A stretch of 64,000 nucleotides of DNA, from positions 18,414,001-18,478,000 of the forward strand of contig NC_073389.1 in the NCBI RefSeq assembly GCF_028641065.1. Reading direction: 5' to 3'. Positions 49,796 to 63,268 of this stretch are shown in pieces. The DNA is from Leucoraja erinacea. Taxonomy: Eukaryota. The notes under the pieces are model-generated. The model ran no database searches and was not told where the DNA came from. It saw only the letters and a list, made by a program, of their open reading frames with translations. Within the stretch, counting starts at the first letter, position 1. Every line of letters starts with the position of its first letter. Both the position numbers and the translations under genes were made by a program.

Positions 49796-50559
49796 AAGCA
49801 CTAAACTCAGATGCGGCTTCTCCATTCTTTCCAGTTAATTGCAAGATTTTCTTGTCAGTGACGATTTCCTTACATTAATAGGGGTGGGTTCAAAGGATTA
49901 CCAGGTGACCACTGTTCACTATTCAATTTCCTGTTTGCCGGTTAATTGCTGGTTTCAGTAGCAAGGGTACAAATGATGACAATCACCATCATCCTTCTTA
50001 GAGAAATAATTGTACATTTATGCTCAGGGATCAAGAGTTAAGTGATGAGTCAAGAGTTATTAATTGTCATACACACATACAGCCAACAGAACAATGGAAT
50101 TCTTGCTGTTCTTGAGCAAAGCACTGCAGCACTGTGATGCAGTTTGTTGAGCTGTGGTCTCACCGTGCCGGGAGCGGTCATCTCACTTTCCTCCCATATC
50201 CCAAAGACAAGAGTCATGAGAGTGAAGAGTCAAGAGAATCTTTATTGTCATATGTTCAGTGTGTGTACAGATTTGCAGGTTAACTGGTCTCTGTAAATTG
50301 TCTCTAGTATGTAGTATGTAGTGGACGCGAAAGTGGGATAACATGGCACTGGTCTGAATGGGTGACCAATGGTTGGCGTGGACTAGGTGGGCCGAAGGGC
50401 CTGTTACCTTGCTGTATCTCTAAACTAAACTGTAAATATATAATAGCCAACAATAAAATTAATTTAATAACCATGATACTAGGTGACCGTAAGAGTGCAA
50501 AGAAACAAAGTCTGTCGTACAATCAAAGACACGGGCCATGGAAGATCATGATTTCTGTG

Positions 50560-50797
50560 GAAGTGTTGAGCAGTTTTCAAGAGCTTGATTATTGCTGGGA
50601 AGAAGTTGTTCTTGAATCCGATGGTCATGGTTTTCTGGCTCCTGTCCTTTCTTTCCGAGATTAGGAGCAAAATTGGAGCGTGGGTAGTGTGGTCGGTTCT
50701 GGGTCTGTATTTGATGATATTGCCTGCCCTTTTGAGGCATGCCTCCTCTAGATCCGTTCGAAGATGAGGAGGCCAGTATCTGTGATGTACTGGGCAT
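50560..50797 (-). mobile_element. Rex1/Babar fragment
   Basis: TIGFKNNFFPAIIKLL-like C-terminus. Confidence 0.7.
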
Positions 50798-51104
50798 TTA
50801 TAGTTATAGAAATTATAACATCACAGATATCTTTTGTCACTGACGGGGGCCATTCAGCCCATCATGACTGTGCCAGACGAAAAGGTTAAACTACCCAGCC
50901 TAATCCCATCAGAGAGACACAGCTTTTCCAGTTTACAACACATACTGCCTAAATCTGGTGAGGATTTCTGGCTCTGACACACTCTCAGGCAGGGAGATCT
51001 AGATGCATCTCTTGATGTAGCATTTCCTTTGACCGTTTACTTTAAATTCATGCCCTGTGGGTTTTTTCCCCCCTCTATTAAGGGGACTGGATAATTTCTA
51101 TTTA

Positions 51105-51428
51105 CTCTAACTAAACTTTAGACTTTAGAGTTTAGAACTACAGCGTGGAAACAGGCCCTTTGGCCCACCGAGTCCGCTCTGACCAGTGATTACTCCATGC
51201 ACTAGTACTATCCTACACACTGGGGACAATTTAAATTTTTACCAAAGCCAATTAACTTACAAACCTGCACGTCTTTGGAGTGTGGGAGGAAATCGGAGCA
51301 CCCGGAGAAAAAGCACGCGGACACGGGGAGGACGCAGAAACTCCATACATTCAGCGCCTGTAGTCAGGATTGAACCCGGGTCTCTGGTACTGTGAGACAG
51401 CAACTCTACCGCTGTGGCACCATGCCAT
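51105..51428 (-). mobile_element. HE1/V-SINE
   Basis: Full reversed copy. Confidence 0.9.
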
Positions 51429-51569
51429 CCTTAAACTCTCCACCGAAGAAACACAATGTTTACGGATAGAACTGTGTATGTCCCACTCATGCATACCTCG
51501 TATGATGCTGGCCATCCCATCAAGCCAGCCAGATTATATCTGGTTTATATGATTATATCTAATTATACA

Positions 51570-51603
51570 GGTCTGAAGAAGGGTCTCGATCCGAAACGTC
51601 ACC
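51570..51603 (+). ncRNA. Minimal type I hammerhead ribozyme motif in Penelope pLTR (51570-51700)
   Basis: ggu-CUGAAGA-a-gggucucgaucc (stem II)-GAAAC-GUC/acc; palindromic ACGU stem III; stem I only about 3 bp. Confidence 0.6.
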
Positions 51604-51954
51604 CATTCCTTCTCTTCAGAGATGCTGCCTGTCCCGCTGAGTTACTCCAGCAGTTTTTATCTACCTTCGATTTAAACCAGCATCTGCAGTTCTTTCCTAC
51701 ACAGCCAGATTATATGGCAGGTTCAAACATACCTCCAGCTAGGTAGCCAGAACCCAGGGCCAGGAATGTAGATGGGTTTGTTAACCTCTCTCCATTGTTT
51801 AAAAAACAAGAAAGGAAGGGATAAACCAAGCATTTGTCCCAAAGAAAACAATCTGATCCTATTCAACCTTTCCTCACAGACAAAGCACATCTTTGTAAAT
51901 CTCCTATGCATCTTCCCCATTGCATTCACATCTTCCCTATGATATGGGATGTGA

Positions 51955-52345
51955 GCATGAATACCTCATTGAAACTTAGTGAATAGTGAAAGGCCTAGAT
52001 AAAGTGAATGTGGTGAGGAAGTTTCCACAAGTGGGAGAGTCTAGGAGCAGAGGCCGTAGCCTCAGAATAAAAAGACGTACCTTTAGAAAGGGGATGAGGA
52101 GGAAGGTCTTTAGTCAGAGGGTGGTGAATCTGTGGAATTAATTGCCATAGATGGCTGTGGAGGTCAAGTCAATTGATATTTATAAGGCAGAGATCAACAG
52201 ATTCTTGATTAGTACAGGTGTCACGGGTTATGGGGAGAAAGCAGGAGAAAGGATTTATGAAGGAAAGATAGATCAGCCATGATTGAATGGCGAAGTAGAC
52301 GATGGGCCGAATGGCTTAATTCTGTTCCTATAACTTATGAACATG
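51955..52345 (+). mobile_element. CR1 3' fragment
   Basis: FSQRVVNLWN; tail gggccgaatggcttaattctg. Confidence 0.85.
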
Positions 52346-53236
52346 ATCCAGGTTGTGGACTGTCACTGTAAATCACTGTATCAGCTGTAAGCTTTTTTTT
52401 TATTATCATGCCCTCTACTTTTAACATTATATTGCACAAAGTAGGGGAGCAAGTACTGAGTACTTGAGGCTCCACTGGTACCAGACTTCAAGTCACAAAC
52501 ACGACCATCAACATCGCCTTTGCATTCTGCCACTGAACCAATCAAAATAGATCAGCCATAATTGAATGGAGGAGTAGACTTGGGCCAAATGGCCTAATTC
52601 TGCTCATATAACTGATGAAATTATGAATTTATGAACTTCCAATCTACCCTGTTGCAGCCCTTGCACTTTTTTTATCTGCACTTTCTCTGTAGCTGCAACA
52701 CTATATTCTGCTCACTGTTTATTTTCTCTTTTGCACTATCTGATGTACTCATGCATGGTATGATTTGTCTGGATAGCAGGCAGATCTAGATTTCATGATA
52801 TCTTGGTGCACGTGACAATAAGAATAAACCAATACAAAATGCGGCAACCATGAAACATGGGTCATGCGGATGGAGGCCTGTGATATAAATTGTTACTCAA
52901 GCTCCAAAACCCAGAACTTGAGCTCTGCCAGATGATGATATCCCCCACATCGGTGGTTATGTAAATACAAGATGTTTCCTGAAGCTCGCACGTAATGGAG
53001 GCTGCGCATCCCGTAGGTCTATGTATGCTATGTGCCTTCTGCTCAGATTAGGTCATGAAAGGGAAAAGATGAGTTAGCACAATTGAATTCATTTAATTCT
53101 TTCAATTTAAAACCACACCATTGCTCTTGCCTCATCTAAGGCCCTTACACCACAAAGCCCACACTCTGTAGATCTAGTGGACAATGGATACTGCATGCCA
53201 AAACCATCACAAACTGATCAACGATATGCTATGCAG

Positions 53237-53538
53237 GGCAGGCACAGTGGCACGGCTGTAGAGTTGCAGCTTTAAAGCACCACAGAACTGGGTTCGATCC
53301 TGACTGCGACTGCTGCCCATACGGTGTTTGTACGTTCTCCCTGTGACTGTGTGGGTTTTGTCCGGGTGCTCTGGTTTCCTCCCACATGCCAAGAACGTAC
53401 ATGTTTGTAGGTTAATTGGCTTTTGTTAATTGTAGATTGTCTCTAGTGTGTAGTATAATGCTAGTGTACCGGGTGACCGCTGCTCGGTGGGGCGAAGGGC
53501 CTGTTTCCGCGCTGTATCTCTAAACTCTAAAGTCTAAA
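53237..53538 (+). mobile_element. HE1/V-SINE
   Basis: Full head, V-domain and tail. Confidence 0.9.
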
Positions 53539-53569
53539 GCTCGAGGTAGAATGTTGAGTTTCTCCAGCA

Positions 53570-54250
53570 AAAATGCTGGGGAAACTCAGCGGGCGAGGCA
53601 GCATCTATGGAACGAAGGAAATAGGCAACGTTTCGGGGTTGAGACCCTTCTTCAGACTGATGTAAGGGTGGGGGCGGGTAGAAGAAAGGAAGAGATGGAG
53701 ACAATGGTCTGAGGGAGAGCTGAGAAGGGAGGGGGAAAGTAGGGTCTACCTGAAATTAGAGGTCAATGTCTATATCGCTGGGGTGCAAACTGCCCAAGCG
53801 AAATATGAGGTGCTGCTCCTCCAATTTACGGTGGTCCTCACTCTGGCCATGGAGGAGGCCCAGGATAGAAAGGTCGGATTCGGAATGGGAGGGGGAGTTG
53901 TAGTGCTGAGCCATCAGGAGATCAGGTTGGTTACTGTGAACCGAGTGGAGGTGTTGGACGAAGCGATCGCCAAGCCTACGCTTGGTCTCACCGATGTAGA
54001 GCAGCTGACATCTAGAGCAGCGGATGCAATAGATGAGGTTGGAGGAGGTGCAGGTGAACCTCTGCCGCACCTGGAAAGACTGCTTGGGTCCTTAGATGGA
54101 GTCAAGGGGGGAGGTAAAGCGACAAGTGTAGCATTTCCCACGGTTGCAAGGGAAAGTGCCTTGAGAGTGTGTTGGTTCGGGTGGGAAGAGACAAATTGAC
54201 CAGGGAGTTACGGAGGGAGCGGTCTCTGCGGAAAGCCGACAGGGGAGGAA
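53570..54250 (-). mobile_element. Penelope-like element 3' fragment: GIY-YIG endonuclease, 3' UTR and pLTR
   Basis: FTCTSSNLIYCIRCSRCQLLYIGETKRRLGDRF..EEQHLIFRLGSLHP (53756-54070). Confidence 0.92.
53624..53659 (-). ncRNA. Hammerhead ribozyme-like core downstream of the Penelope endonuclease
   Basis: Minus strand: cagu-CUGAAGA-agggucucaaccc-cGAAAC-GUU. Confidence 0.5.
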
Positions 54251-54784
54251 GACTAATGTCTAAAGCTCACGATTCTTTGCTGCTGCTGAAATATTTTGCA
54301 CTGTGCCATGTCAATTCTAAGATCTTCAAAAGTTTAGTCTTGGGAACATTGCATTTTCAACATGCATCCACATAGTGTCAATCTGTTATTCCCCTTGTTA
54401 GCATCTCATTCATGTTGCAGTTGCAATGCTGCCTAGAGCAATTCATGCGACTATGATCACAGTTGAAGTCTGTAGAGCAAAGTTGCCCATGCAAAAGTTA
54501 GACCTTTTTTCTCTCCAGAAAGCTGCAATTGCTGTAAAGTTAGTAAAAAGAAGCATTTGAAGTGTCTTAAAAAGTGTGACATTCTTATACACTCTTATTG
54601 TATTTGAAGTTGATAAATTTCCTGCTTCCATTAAAAATATGATCTGCATTAGCATTTCTGCTCTTAGGATATCTATAATCAAATGTGAAACTTTGAATAT
54701 AATTCTCATTACCCTTCCCTTCCCTTGTTCCAAGAATGTTATTTTATTTTATAAGCAGGAGGAATTGGAGCCATCACTGGAAGT

Positions 54785-56320
54785 GTCTTGAGAGCAATCA
54801 AGGTTACTGTCGAAGAAGTACTGAAGGTACTGACGTGTTTGAAGGTAGACAAACGGCCTGATCAGATATATCCGTGGACATTGCGGGAAACTAGAGAGGA
54901 AATTGCGGGAGCACTGTTTGAAATTTACGAGTTGTCCTTAAATACAGGAGAGGTGCTGGAAGACTGGAGGGTGGCAAATGTTGTGCCACTTTTCAAGAAG
55001 GGCTGCAGGGAAAATGCTGGGAACTATAGGCCGGTGAGCTTAACATCTGGAGTTGGTAAGTTACTGGAGAGTATTCTGAGGGATAGGTTATACAGGTATT
55101 TGGATGGACAAGGGCTGATTAGTCAGCATGGTTTTGTACGTGGGAGATCGTGTCTCACAAATCTGATTGATTTTTTTTAAGACGTGACCAAAAAATGTCG
55201 ATGAGGGCAGAGCTGTAGATGTTGTGTACATGGATTTCAGTAAGGCGTTCAACAAGGTTCCACATGGTAGGCTGCTCTGGAAGGTTAGATCGCATGGGAT
55301 CCAAGGAGAAATAGCTGAATGGATAGCAAATTGGCCCCATGGAAGGAAGCAGAGGGTGAAAGGTTGCTTCTCAGACAGGAAACCTGTGACTAGTGGTGTG
55401 TCACAGGGTTCGGTGCTGGGCCCGTTACTGTTTGTCATCTACATCAATGATTTGGATGAGAACACACAGGGCAAGATTAGCAAGTTTGCTGATGATACAA
55501 ATGTTCATGGTTTTGGGTTAATACAGAAAAGTGTGAGATGTTGCATTTTGGGACGTCGAATAAGGGTAGGACCTACACAGTAAATGGTAGGCCTCTGGGT
55601 ATTGTTGTAGAGCAGAGGGTCTAGGAGTACAGGTGCATGTTTCCTTGGAGGTCGTCGCAGGTAGTTAAGGTGATCAAAAAGGCTTTTAGCACTTTGGCCT
55701 TCATCAGTCAGAGTATTGAGTATAGGAGGTCATGTTGCAGTTGTATAAGACGTTGGTGAGACCACATTTACAATAGTGTGTTCAGTTCTGGGCACCATGT
55801 TATAGGAAATATATTGTCAAGCTTGAAAGGGTTCAGAAAAGATTTATGAGGATGTTGCCAGGACTAGAGAGTGTGAGCTATAGGGAGAGGTTGAGTGGAC
55901 TGGGTCTCTATTCCATGGAGCGCAGGAGGATGAGGGGAGATCGAACAGAGGTATACAAAATCATGAGAGGAATAAATCTGGTAGATGCACAGAGTCCTTT
56001 GCCCAGAGTAGAGGAATCGAGGACCAGAGGACATTGGTTCAAGGTGAAGGGGAAAAGATTTAATAGGAATCCGAGGTGTAAATTTTTCACACAAATGGTG
56101 GTGGGTGTATGGAACAAGCTGCCAGAGGAGGTAGTTGAGGCTGGGACTATCCCATCATTTAAGAAACAGTTAGACATGTACATGAATAGGACAGGTTTGA
56201 TGGGATATGGACCAAGCGCAGGCAAGTGGGACTAATGTAGCTGGGACATTGTTGGCCGGTGTGGGCGAGTTGGATCGAAGGGCCTGTTTCCACACTGTAT
56301 CACTCTATGACCCTATGACA
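54785..56320 (+). mobile_element. CR1 LINE, ~1.5-kb RT-bearing 3' part, frameshifted
   Basis: DWRVANVVPLFKKG..NYRPVSLTS, YMDFSKAF, QGSVLGP, FADDT and tail. Confidence 0.95.
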
Positions 56321-56499
56321 CCACTGTATACTCACTTTTTAAATTAGCTAAATCCCACTTTGTAAATTCACATGAATAAATTCCACATCTGCGCAACTTA
56401 GATACCCATAGATATTCTACTCCAAAAGTAATTACTCCACAACGGTCTTGATGATATGGTAGATTGTTCTCTAGATATACGAGTGTCACATTCCATTTT

Positions 56500-57320
56500 C
56501 ATAGAAACATAGAAAATAGGTGCAGGAATTGGCCATTCGGCCCTTCGTGCCAGCACCGCCAATCAATATGCTAACTAATCCTTCCACATTACACAATACC
56601 CAGTTTAGGATGGCCTGCCCTCTAGTTGGTTCCTCTACATATTGGTTTAAAAACCCATCCCGTATACATTCCGGGAAATCCTCCTACTCAGCACTGTTAC
56701 CAATTTGGTTGGCCCAATCTATATGTAGATTAATATCACCCATGATAAATGCTGTCCCTCTGCTACACGCATCCCTAATTTCCTGCTTGATGTTATCCCA
56801 AACCTGTTTGGTGGTATATAAACCACTCCAGCAAGCGTTTTCTGCCCTTGGCTATTTTGCAGTTCTACCCATACCGATTCTACACCATCCAAGCTATTGT
56901 CCCTCCTTGCTATTGCATTAATCTCCCCTTTAACCACCAATGCCACCACACCTCTTCTTTCTATCTATCCTTCCTAAATATCAAATACACCTGGATGTTT
57001 AGCTCCCAGCCTTGGTCATCCTGGAGCCTTGTCTCCGTAATTCCAACTATATCACATCCCTTAACTACTAAGTGCACATTCAATTCATCCACCTTATTTG
57101 AATGCTCCTCGCATTAAGGCACAAAGCTTTCAACTTAGTTTTTCTTATCTCCCTTCTACCTTTTGCTTCTGTCCTCCTTTTATGGCCCTCTGTTTCCTTG
57201 CATTGGGTCCCATCCCCTGCCCTGTTAGTTTAAACGTGACCTTCCCTACACTATCTTTCCCTTTCGCTGCACGGATACACGTCCACGTTCTTGACTCCAT
57301 CCCCGCACTTTTTAGTTTAA
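56500..57320 (-). mobile_element. CR1 derivative: 3' tail joined to the APE endonuclease region
   Basis: catagaaacatagaaaataggtgcagg tail abuts GGVALVVK..ESVWVEL..GVVYIPPN; RT absent. Confidence 0.7.
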
Positions 57321-57662
57321 ACCCACCCATGTTTTCACACTTGCATGATAAATTACACTGGGAGGATGGAGCCAGTGATGATGGGTGAGGAGCGAGGCAG
57401 GTAGGAGAGGAGAGGGAACCAGGGTTGGGCCGATTGTTCCATTGTGGTCGGCTGCGGGAGGCGCCCCCAGGGAACAAAGGACGGGTGAGGAGAGGGACGT
57501 GATGTCCCAGGAAGTAGGTGGCTGGAGGCCCGCAATAACCTGGAACCGCCACATCTCATAAGAACTAAAGCGTGGACTTTGAAAATAACACCAAAACACT
57601 GCGTCTCTTGCATGTGGGCTCTGCTCGCTTGCTAATCGGGGACCAGGGGTATGGCTATACTC

Positions 57663-57906
57663 TGTGTAGGAAGGAACTGCATATGCTGGTTTATATCGAA
57701 GATCGACACAAAATGCTGGAGCAACGCACCAGGTCAGGCAGCACCTCTGGAGAAAAAGGATGGGTGATGTTTCGGGTTGGAACCCTTCTTCAAAGAAGGG
57801 TTCCCACTTGAAGTCTGAAGCAGGATTCTGACCCGAAATGTCATCCATCATTTTTTCCCAGAGATGCTGCCTGACCCACTGAGTTGCCTCAGCACATTGT
57901 GTCTAA
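57663..57906. mobile_element. Penelope pLTR fold-back pair
   Basis: Inverted arms centred near 57800; both hammerhead cores decayed. Confidence 0.75.
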
Positions 57907-59274
57907 CTATGGCAATACTCTACTGGACTGTTTGTAAGGTAAAGAATTTCACATTGTTAGCACTTTGTGACTTTAAAAACATCATATATTATATACTTAG
58001 GTGAGAAGGTATTGTTAATAGCACATTATCAATTTGACTGTGATTTGTGTGTTATGGGTTCTGAATGCAAAGTTTTCACTTTGGAAAATAGCCACAAACT
58101 AATTACCATGTAGATTTGTTATTTCAAAGAAAAAGGGGACAAATAAGATTCTCATGGCTGGTCATATCATTGTGGACATAGAACCTTGGTGCAATGAAAC
58201 TTCCCAATTACTGGTTTTCATTCCATTTTCTATTTGTCACTAACTGAATGGCCCTCAACTCATAGCACATAACTCCAACTTGTCCTAAACGATTATAGGA
58301 CTTTGTGTCAAGGTGAAGAGGTGCGGAGCAAAATGGTTTGGGTTAGGAAAAAAAATTATAATAAATTGTGTTTTTACAATCTTTAAATATTGCAGCAACA
58401 GAAAATCATAGTGAATCACCAGACACAAGGAGCTAGGGATTATAAATGCAACGTTAAAAGTACAGTAGCTGTTACAGAAAATATTTCCTGATTCCCCTTG
58501 AGAATGTGTTAAATATTCTCCTGGGAAGAACATGATTAACAGGGCTTATAAAGCAGTGCAATAGATGCAGCAGATCACAAGAAATTATTAGCAGAACAAC
58601 TTACAACTGCCCATAAAACAACTGTTCTTCTCAGAGATAGACACAAAATGCTGGAGTAACTCAACGGGTCAGGCAGCATCTCTGGAGAAAAGGAATAGGT
58701 GACCTTTTTGGGTTGGAATCCTGGAGTGGGGACACTGGATGCGAGATCACCATAAGTGGCTGTGCTGGCTCGAAGGGCCGAATGGCCTCCTCCTGCACCT
58801 ACTTTCTATGTTTCTATGAGAAAAGGTCAGAACAAATCAGGGCCGGCAACAGATGACCTCAAGAAGGGTGGAGCCCATAATGGCCCATTGTTGGCTGGGA
58901 AAGAGGTGTTAACTAGAGGGGTACAAGTACACGGCAAATGGAACTGATAGGGTGGAGGTCCTACTCATGTTATTACTGTTAAATTAAATACAATTGTTAG
59001 TCACTTGAATAGAATTGAGCTGCTGCCTTAACCAATTTGATTGGTAGTTCACTGATGAATGTGGCAAGCAGGGTCAGTAATGGAACCATCCATTTGTTTA
59101 TTTTAGTGATAATTCCACCGAATGATAACATATACAAAAGAGCTAATTTCCATTAAACTTCTCATTTTCCATAATTCTTTCTCTAGCCACCATCTCTTTT
59201 CCTCAGAATAATCCCGAATATTGTTTCCTTTTTCATACTTGAATACTGTGACAAACCTGTAGAGCTGCTGCCTT

Positions 59275-60312
59275 ACATAGAAACATAGAAACATAGAAAT
59301 TAGGTGCAGGAATAGGCCATTCGGCCCTTCGAGCCTGCACCGCCATTCAATATGATCATGGCTGATCATCCAACTCAGTATCCCGTACCTTCCATACCCC
59401 CTGATCCCCTTAGCCACAAGGGCCACATCTAACTCCCTCTTAAATATAGCACCAGAGGCTTAATGTGAAAGGGACAACGTTTAAAGAAGTGTTTTTACAT
59501 AGTGGGTAGTGTGTGCCTAGTACGGATAAATGTGGTGATGGAGGCACATACAATAGTAGCATTTAAAAGGATTTTAGATAGGCACATGGATATTGAAGGA
59601 ATGGTGGTATATGGATCACGTGTAGGCAGAGGAGATTAGTTTAACTTGCTATCATGCTCGGCCTGGACGTTATTGGCCAAACGCCTGTTTCTGTGCTGTA
59701 CAGTTTGATGTTCTTTGTTCTTGCTGCTCAATAGTAAACGCTTCCTCATTCTTCAAGATTCACTGTATATGTGATAACATATAAAGACTGCAACAGTTCA
59801 ATGTTAGACAGCAAGCAAAACATCGCATTTCATTCAACTTTCAAAATTTCACATCACTACCTTTGAAGATAGGTATGTAAGTCATACATAACAGTAAAAA
59901 GAAAAAAAGCAAGATATTCGGGAAAAGCACAGTTAGAAAACAAGTCCATGGAAGTGAAAGATGTGGTCCATAGTGTTCCGTTGCTGTGTTAGGGTTAGAG
60001 TTATGGTTTCAGAGTAAGGACATTGAATAGCAGAGGTCATAGTTTTACGGTGAAGGGGGAAAGATTTAATAGGAACCTGAGGGGTAACTTTTTTATACAA
60101 AGGGTGGCGGGTGTATGGAACAAGCTGCCGGAGGAGGTAGTTGAGGCAAGTACTATCGCAATGTTTAAGAAACATTTAGACAGTTACATGGATAGGATAG
60201 GTTTAGAGGGATATGGGCCAAACGCAGGCAGGTGGGACGAGAGTAGATGGACATGTTGGTCGGAGTTGGCAAGTTGGGCCAAAGGGCCTGTTCCCATGCT
60301 GTATGACTCTAA
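59275..60312. mobile_element. Cluster of CR1 3' fragments (59275-59450 minus; 59450-59720 and 60015-60312 plus)
   Basis: Tails and RGNFFIQRVAGVWNKLPEE. Confidence 0.85.
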
Positions 60313-60851
60313 GTGTGCAGGTGGCTGGCATAATTTGGCATGATTTTCTGAGTGTACGTTATCTTACCTTCATAGTGAAGTTATTGAACCTGTTGCTGCA
60401 GTGGACTGGAGAACCAGAGGAGGTGAATAGCAGACTGTGTCAATGTCTTATCTAACAGGTTTGCTGCCTTGGGCACTCAGCAGTGCACATATCCATGAGG
60501 AGATCTGGAATATATAAAAGTTTAAGAAATGTCTGTGTGGTGTATTTTGTCGACTGGCTACCTGGCTGCATCAACTAATCCTGGCATAGATGTTCTTGCA
60601 ACATTTAATGTTGCCTGCAGTGAAGTTAAGTAAGAGTCAAGTAGGTGAGGCACGAACCATTTCCATTTCCCACCAGCTTGCTTGCTGGCTGCAAAGTTCA
60701 GCTTGAAGGGCCTTTTATCATTTCTGCACAGTGCTTATGCCAAACATTACTCCAATGAAATGCTCGTGAGCTTACTCAGAAAACTTTTGCACAAATGCAT
60801 CTCTTCATTGTGCCACAAGTGAATAATTAAACCAATGCAAATCATTGGTTT

Positions 60852-61056
60852 NNNNNNNNNNNNNNNNNNNNNNNNNNNNNNNNNNNNNNNNNNNNNNNNN
60901 NNNNNNNNNNNNNNNNNNNNNNNNNNNNNNNNNNNNNNNNNNNNNNNNNNNNNNNNNNNNNNNNNNNNNNNNNNNNNNNNNNNNNNNNNNNNNNNNNNNN
61001 NNNNNNNNNNNNNNNNNNNNNNNNNNNNNNNNNNNNNNNNNNNNNNNNNNNNNNNN
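60852..61056. other. Assembly gap (N run)
   Basis: 205 N. Confidence 1.
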
Positions 61057-61269
61057 AGAGTGGATGTGGAAAGGATGTATCCATTGGTGGGAGAGTCTAG
61101 GACCAGAGGTCGTAGCCTCAGAATTAACGGGTGCTCTTTTAGAAAGGAGGTGAGCAGGAACATCTTTAGTTCGATGGTAGTTAATCTGTGGAACTCATTG
61201 CTACAGAGGACTGTGGATGTCAAGTCAGTGGATTTTTTTAAGGCAGAGATAGGCAAATTCTTGATTAGA
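61057..61269 (+). mobile_element. CR1 fragment
   Basis: RVDVERMYPLVGESRTRG..VVNLWNSL. Confidence 0.85.
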
Positions 61270-61507
61270 AGATAGACACAAAATGCTGGAATAACTCAGT
61301 GGGATAGGCAGCATCTCTGGAGAGAAGGAATGGGTAACGTTTCGGGTCGAGACCCTTTACCTACAGTTCATCTTCAGACTGAAGAAGGGTCCTGGCCCGA
61401 AACATCACTGATCCTTTTTCTCCAAAGATACTTCCTGATCCGTCCAGTTACTCCAGTACTTTGTGTCTATCTTTGGTATAAACCAGCGTCTGCAGTTCTT
61501 TGTTTCC
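61270..61507. mobile_element. Penelope pLTR fold-back pair
   Basis: aacgtttcgggtcgagaccc..cttcagactgaagaagggtcctggcccgaaac; arms inverted. Confidence 0.8.
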
Positions 61508-62439
61508 ATTATATGTTAAACTGTAATCAACCATTCTGTGTGAGGGACCCAAGAGGCTGCGGGTGCTGTGATCAGGAATAAAAAATATACACTGGTGGAG
61601 GGTCTCAGCATGTCAGGCAGCATCTGTGTAGGCAGAAGCATGGTTAACTTTTTGGGTCACGCTACCTCAGAACCTGATGCAGGGTCCCAATCTGAAATGT
61701 CATCCAGCCTTCTGCCTCCACAGATCCTGCCTGACCTGCTGAGTTCCTCCAATATATTTTAAATATAGCTGATCTGGCCTCTTCTTCTCCCCTCTTTGTA
61801 TAGGAAGAATACATTAGCATCCGTGCAAATTGGATATACTGGACATACATTGGCTACGATGAATGAAAGCATAAATGTGCTTGATAAAGCAGTTCGATTT
61901 TTGCACTATGTGGGCAAGAATGGCTTGGCAACGGTAAGTATATTAATCTCTCATTCAGAAAGTCATCAGCAGAAAGTTTGGACTCTTATCTCAGTTTTCT
62001 CAAGGTTTTTGGAACTTGCTTGAGAATTGAAGCAAGAACGCTTTGCCTGAAGGGTTATCAGATAAATCTGGGAATCAATTCTGCAGGTTTTTTTCAGGAT
62101 TTGTGCCAACTTTGAGAGTGCTGTTATTCACTTTCAACATTCTGGAGTTGTCCTTGAGATTGGATTGAGCAACGCTTCATGTGCACGTTAGTTCATAGGT
62201 TCGTAGGTTCTAGGAGCGGCATTAGGCCATTTGGTCCATCAAGTCTACTCCAACATTTAATCACGGCTGATCTAAATGTCCCTCTCAACCCCATTCTCCT
62301 GCCTTCTCCCCATAACCTCTGGCACTATTACTAATCAAGCACTTACAACTCGGAGGTCTCCTCAGGCTGACACACTGTGGGGCCCAGAGGAAGACAACTG
62401 TGTGTAATCACAAGAGGTTGAGATTCCCCTGGAAACATC

Positions 62440-62800
62440 TCTGTAATGCCTGCCACCGCACAATGTTGTATCCTTTATTAACCACTACTCCATTATGGAC
62501 ATTGGACTTTGTGTCTAGAACTGATGCACCACCAAGCTGAGAACTATATTTTCCAAGCCGTGTCTTTCCTTTTGCTCTACTAATTGTAGACACTCAACCA
62601 GAAATGTCGACTATCCATGTTCTCTGGAGATGCTGCCTGACCCGCTGAGTTACTCCAGCACTTTGTGTCCTTTTCTCTACCAATTGTACTTGAGTTTGGC
62701 TTGATTATATTTATATATAGTATTATCTGATTTGATTGAATAGCATGCAAAACAAAGCTTTTCTCTGCACCTCAGTACATGTGAATAATAATAAACCTGA
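62440..62800 (+). mobile_element. Rex1-type 3' UTR interrupted by a Penelope pLTR piece (62600-62672)
   Basis: Duplicated ctctac(c/t)aattgta around the insert; tail cagtacatgtgaataataataaacc. Confidence 0.65.
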
Positions 62801-62984
62801 ACCTCAGACTAAACATCAGGAAAGAAAGAATAGACCTTTGAGCAAGAGAGAACATATCTTCAATGTGTGGATGGATCGTTTGCCAGTGCCGAATGATGAG
62901 GCTGACTCTCAATGGCAGCTGAACAGTCAGTTGCTATGCAGAAGAGCTGAGAAAGATACGGATATCCAAGGTGAGGTGGTGTTA

Positions 62985-63268
62985 GTTTTGTTTAGCTTAG
63001 TGATTTGGCATGGAAACAGGCCCTTCAGCACACTGAGTCCACACCGACCATCGATCACCCATTCACACGAGTTCTATGTTGTCCCAGTTTTTCATCCACT
63101 CCCTACACACTAGGGGAAATTTTACGGAGGCCACGCATGCATTTGAGATGTGGGAGGGAACTGGAATACTGGAGGAAACCCATGCGGTCACAGGAAGAAT
63201 GTTCAAACTCCAAGCAGACATCACCCAAGGTCAGGATCAAACCTGCAGCCACCAGCTGCACCATGGTG
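62985..63268 (-). mobile_element. HE1/V-SINE, degraded
   Basis: gcatggaaacaggcccttcag tail and reversed V-domain. Confidence 0.8.
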
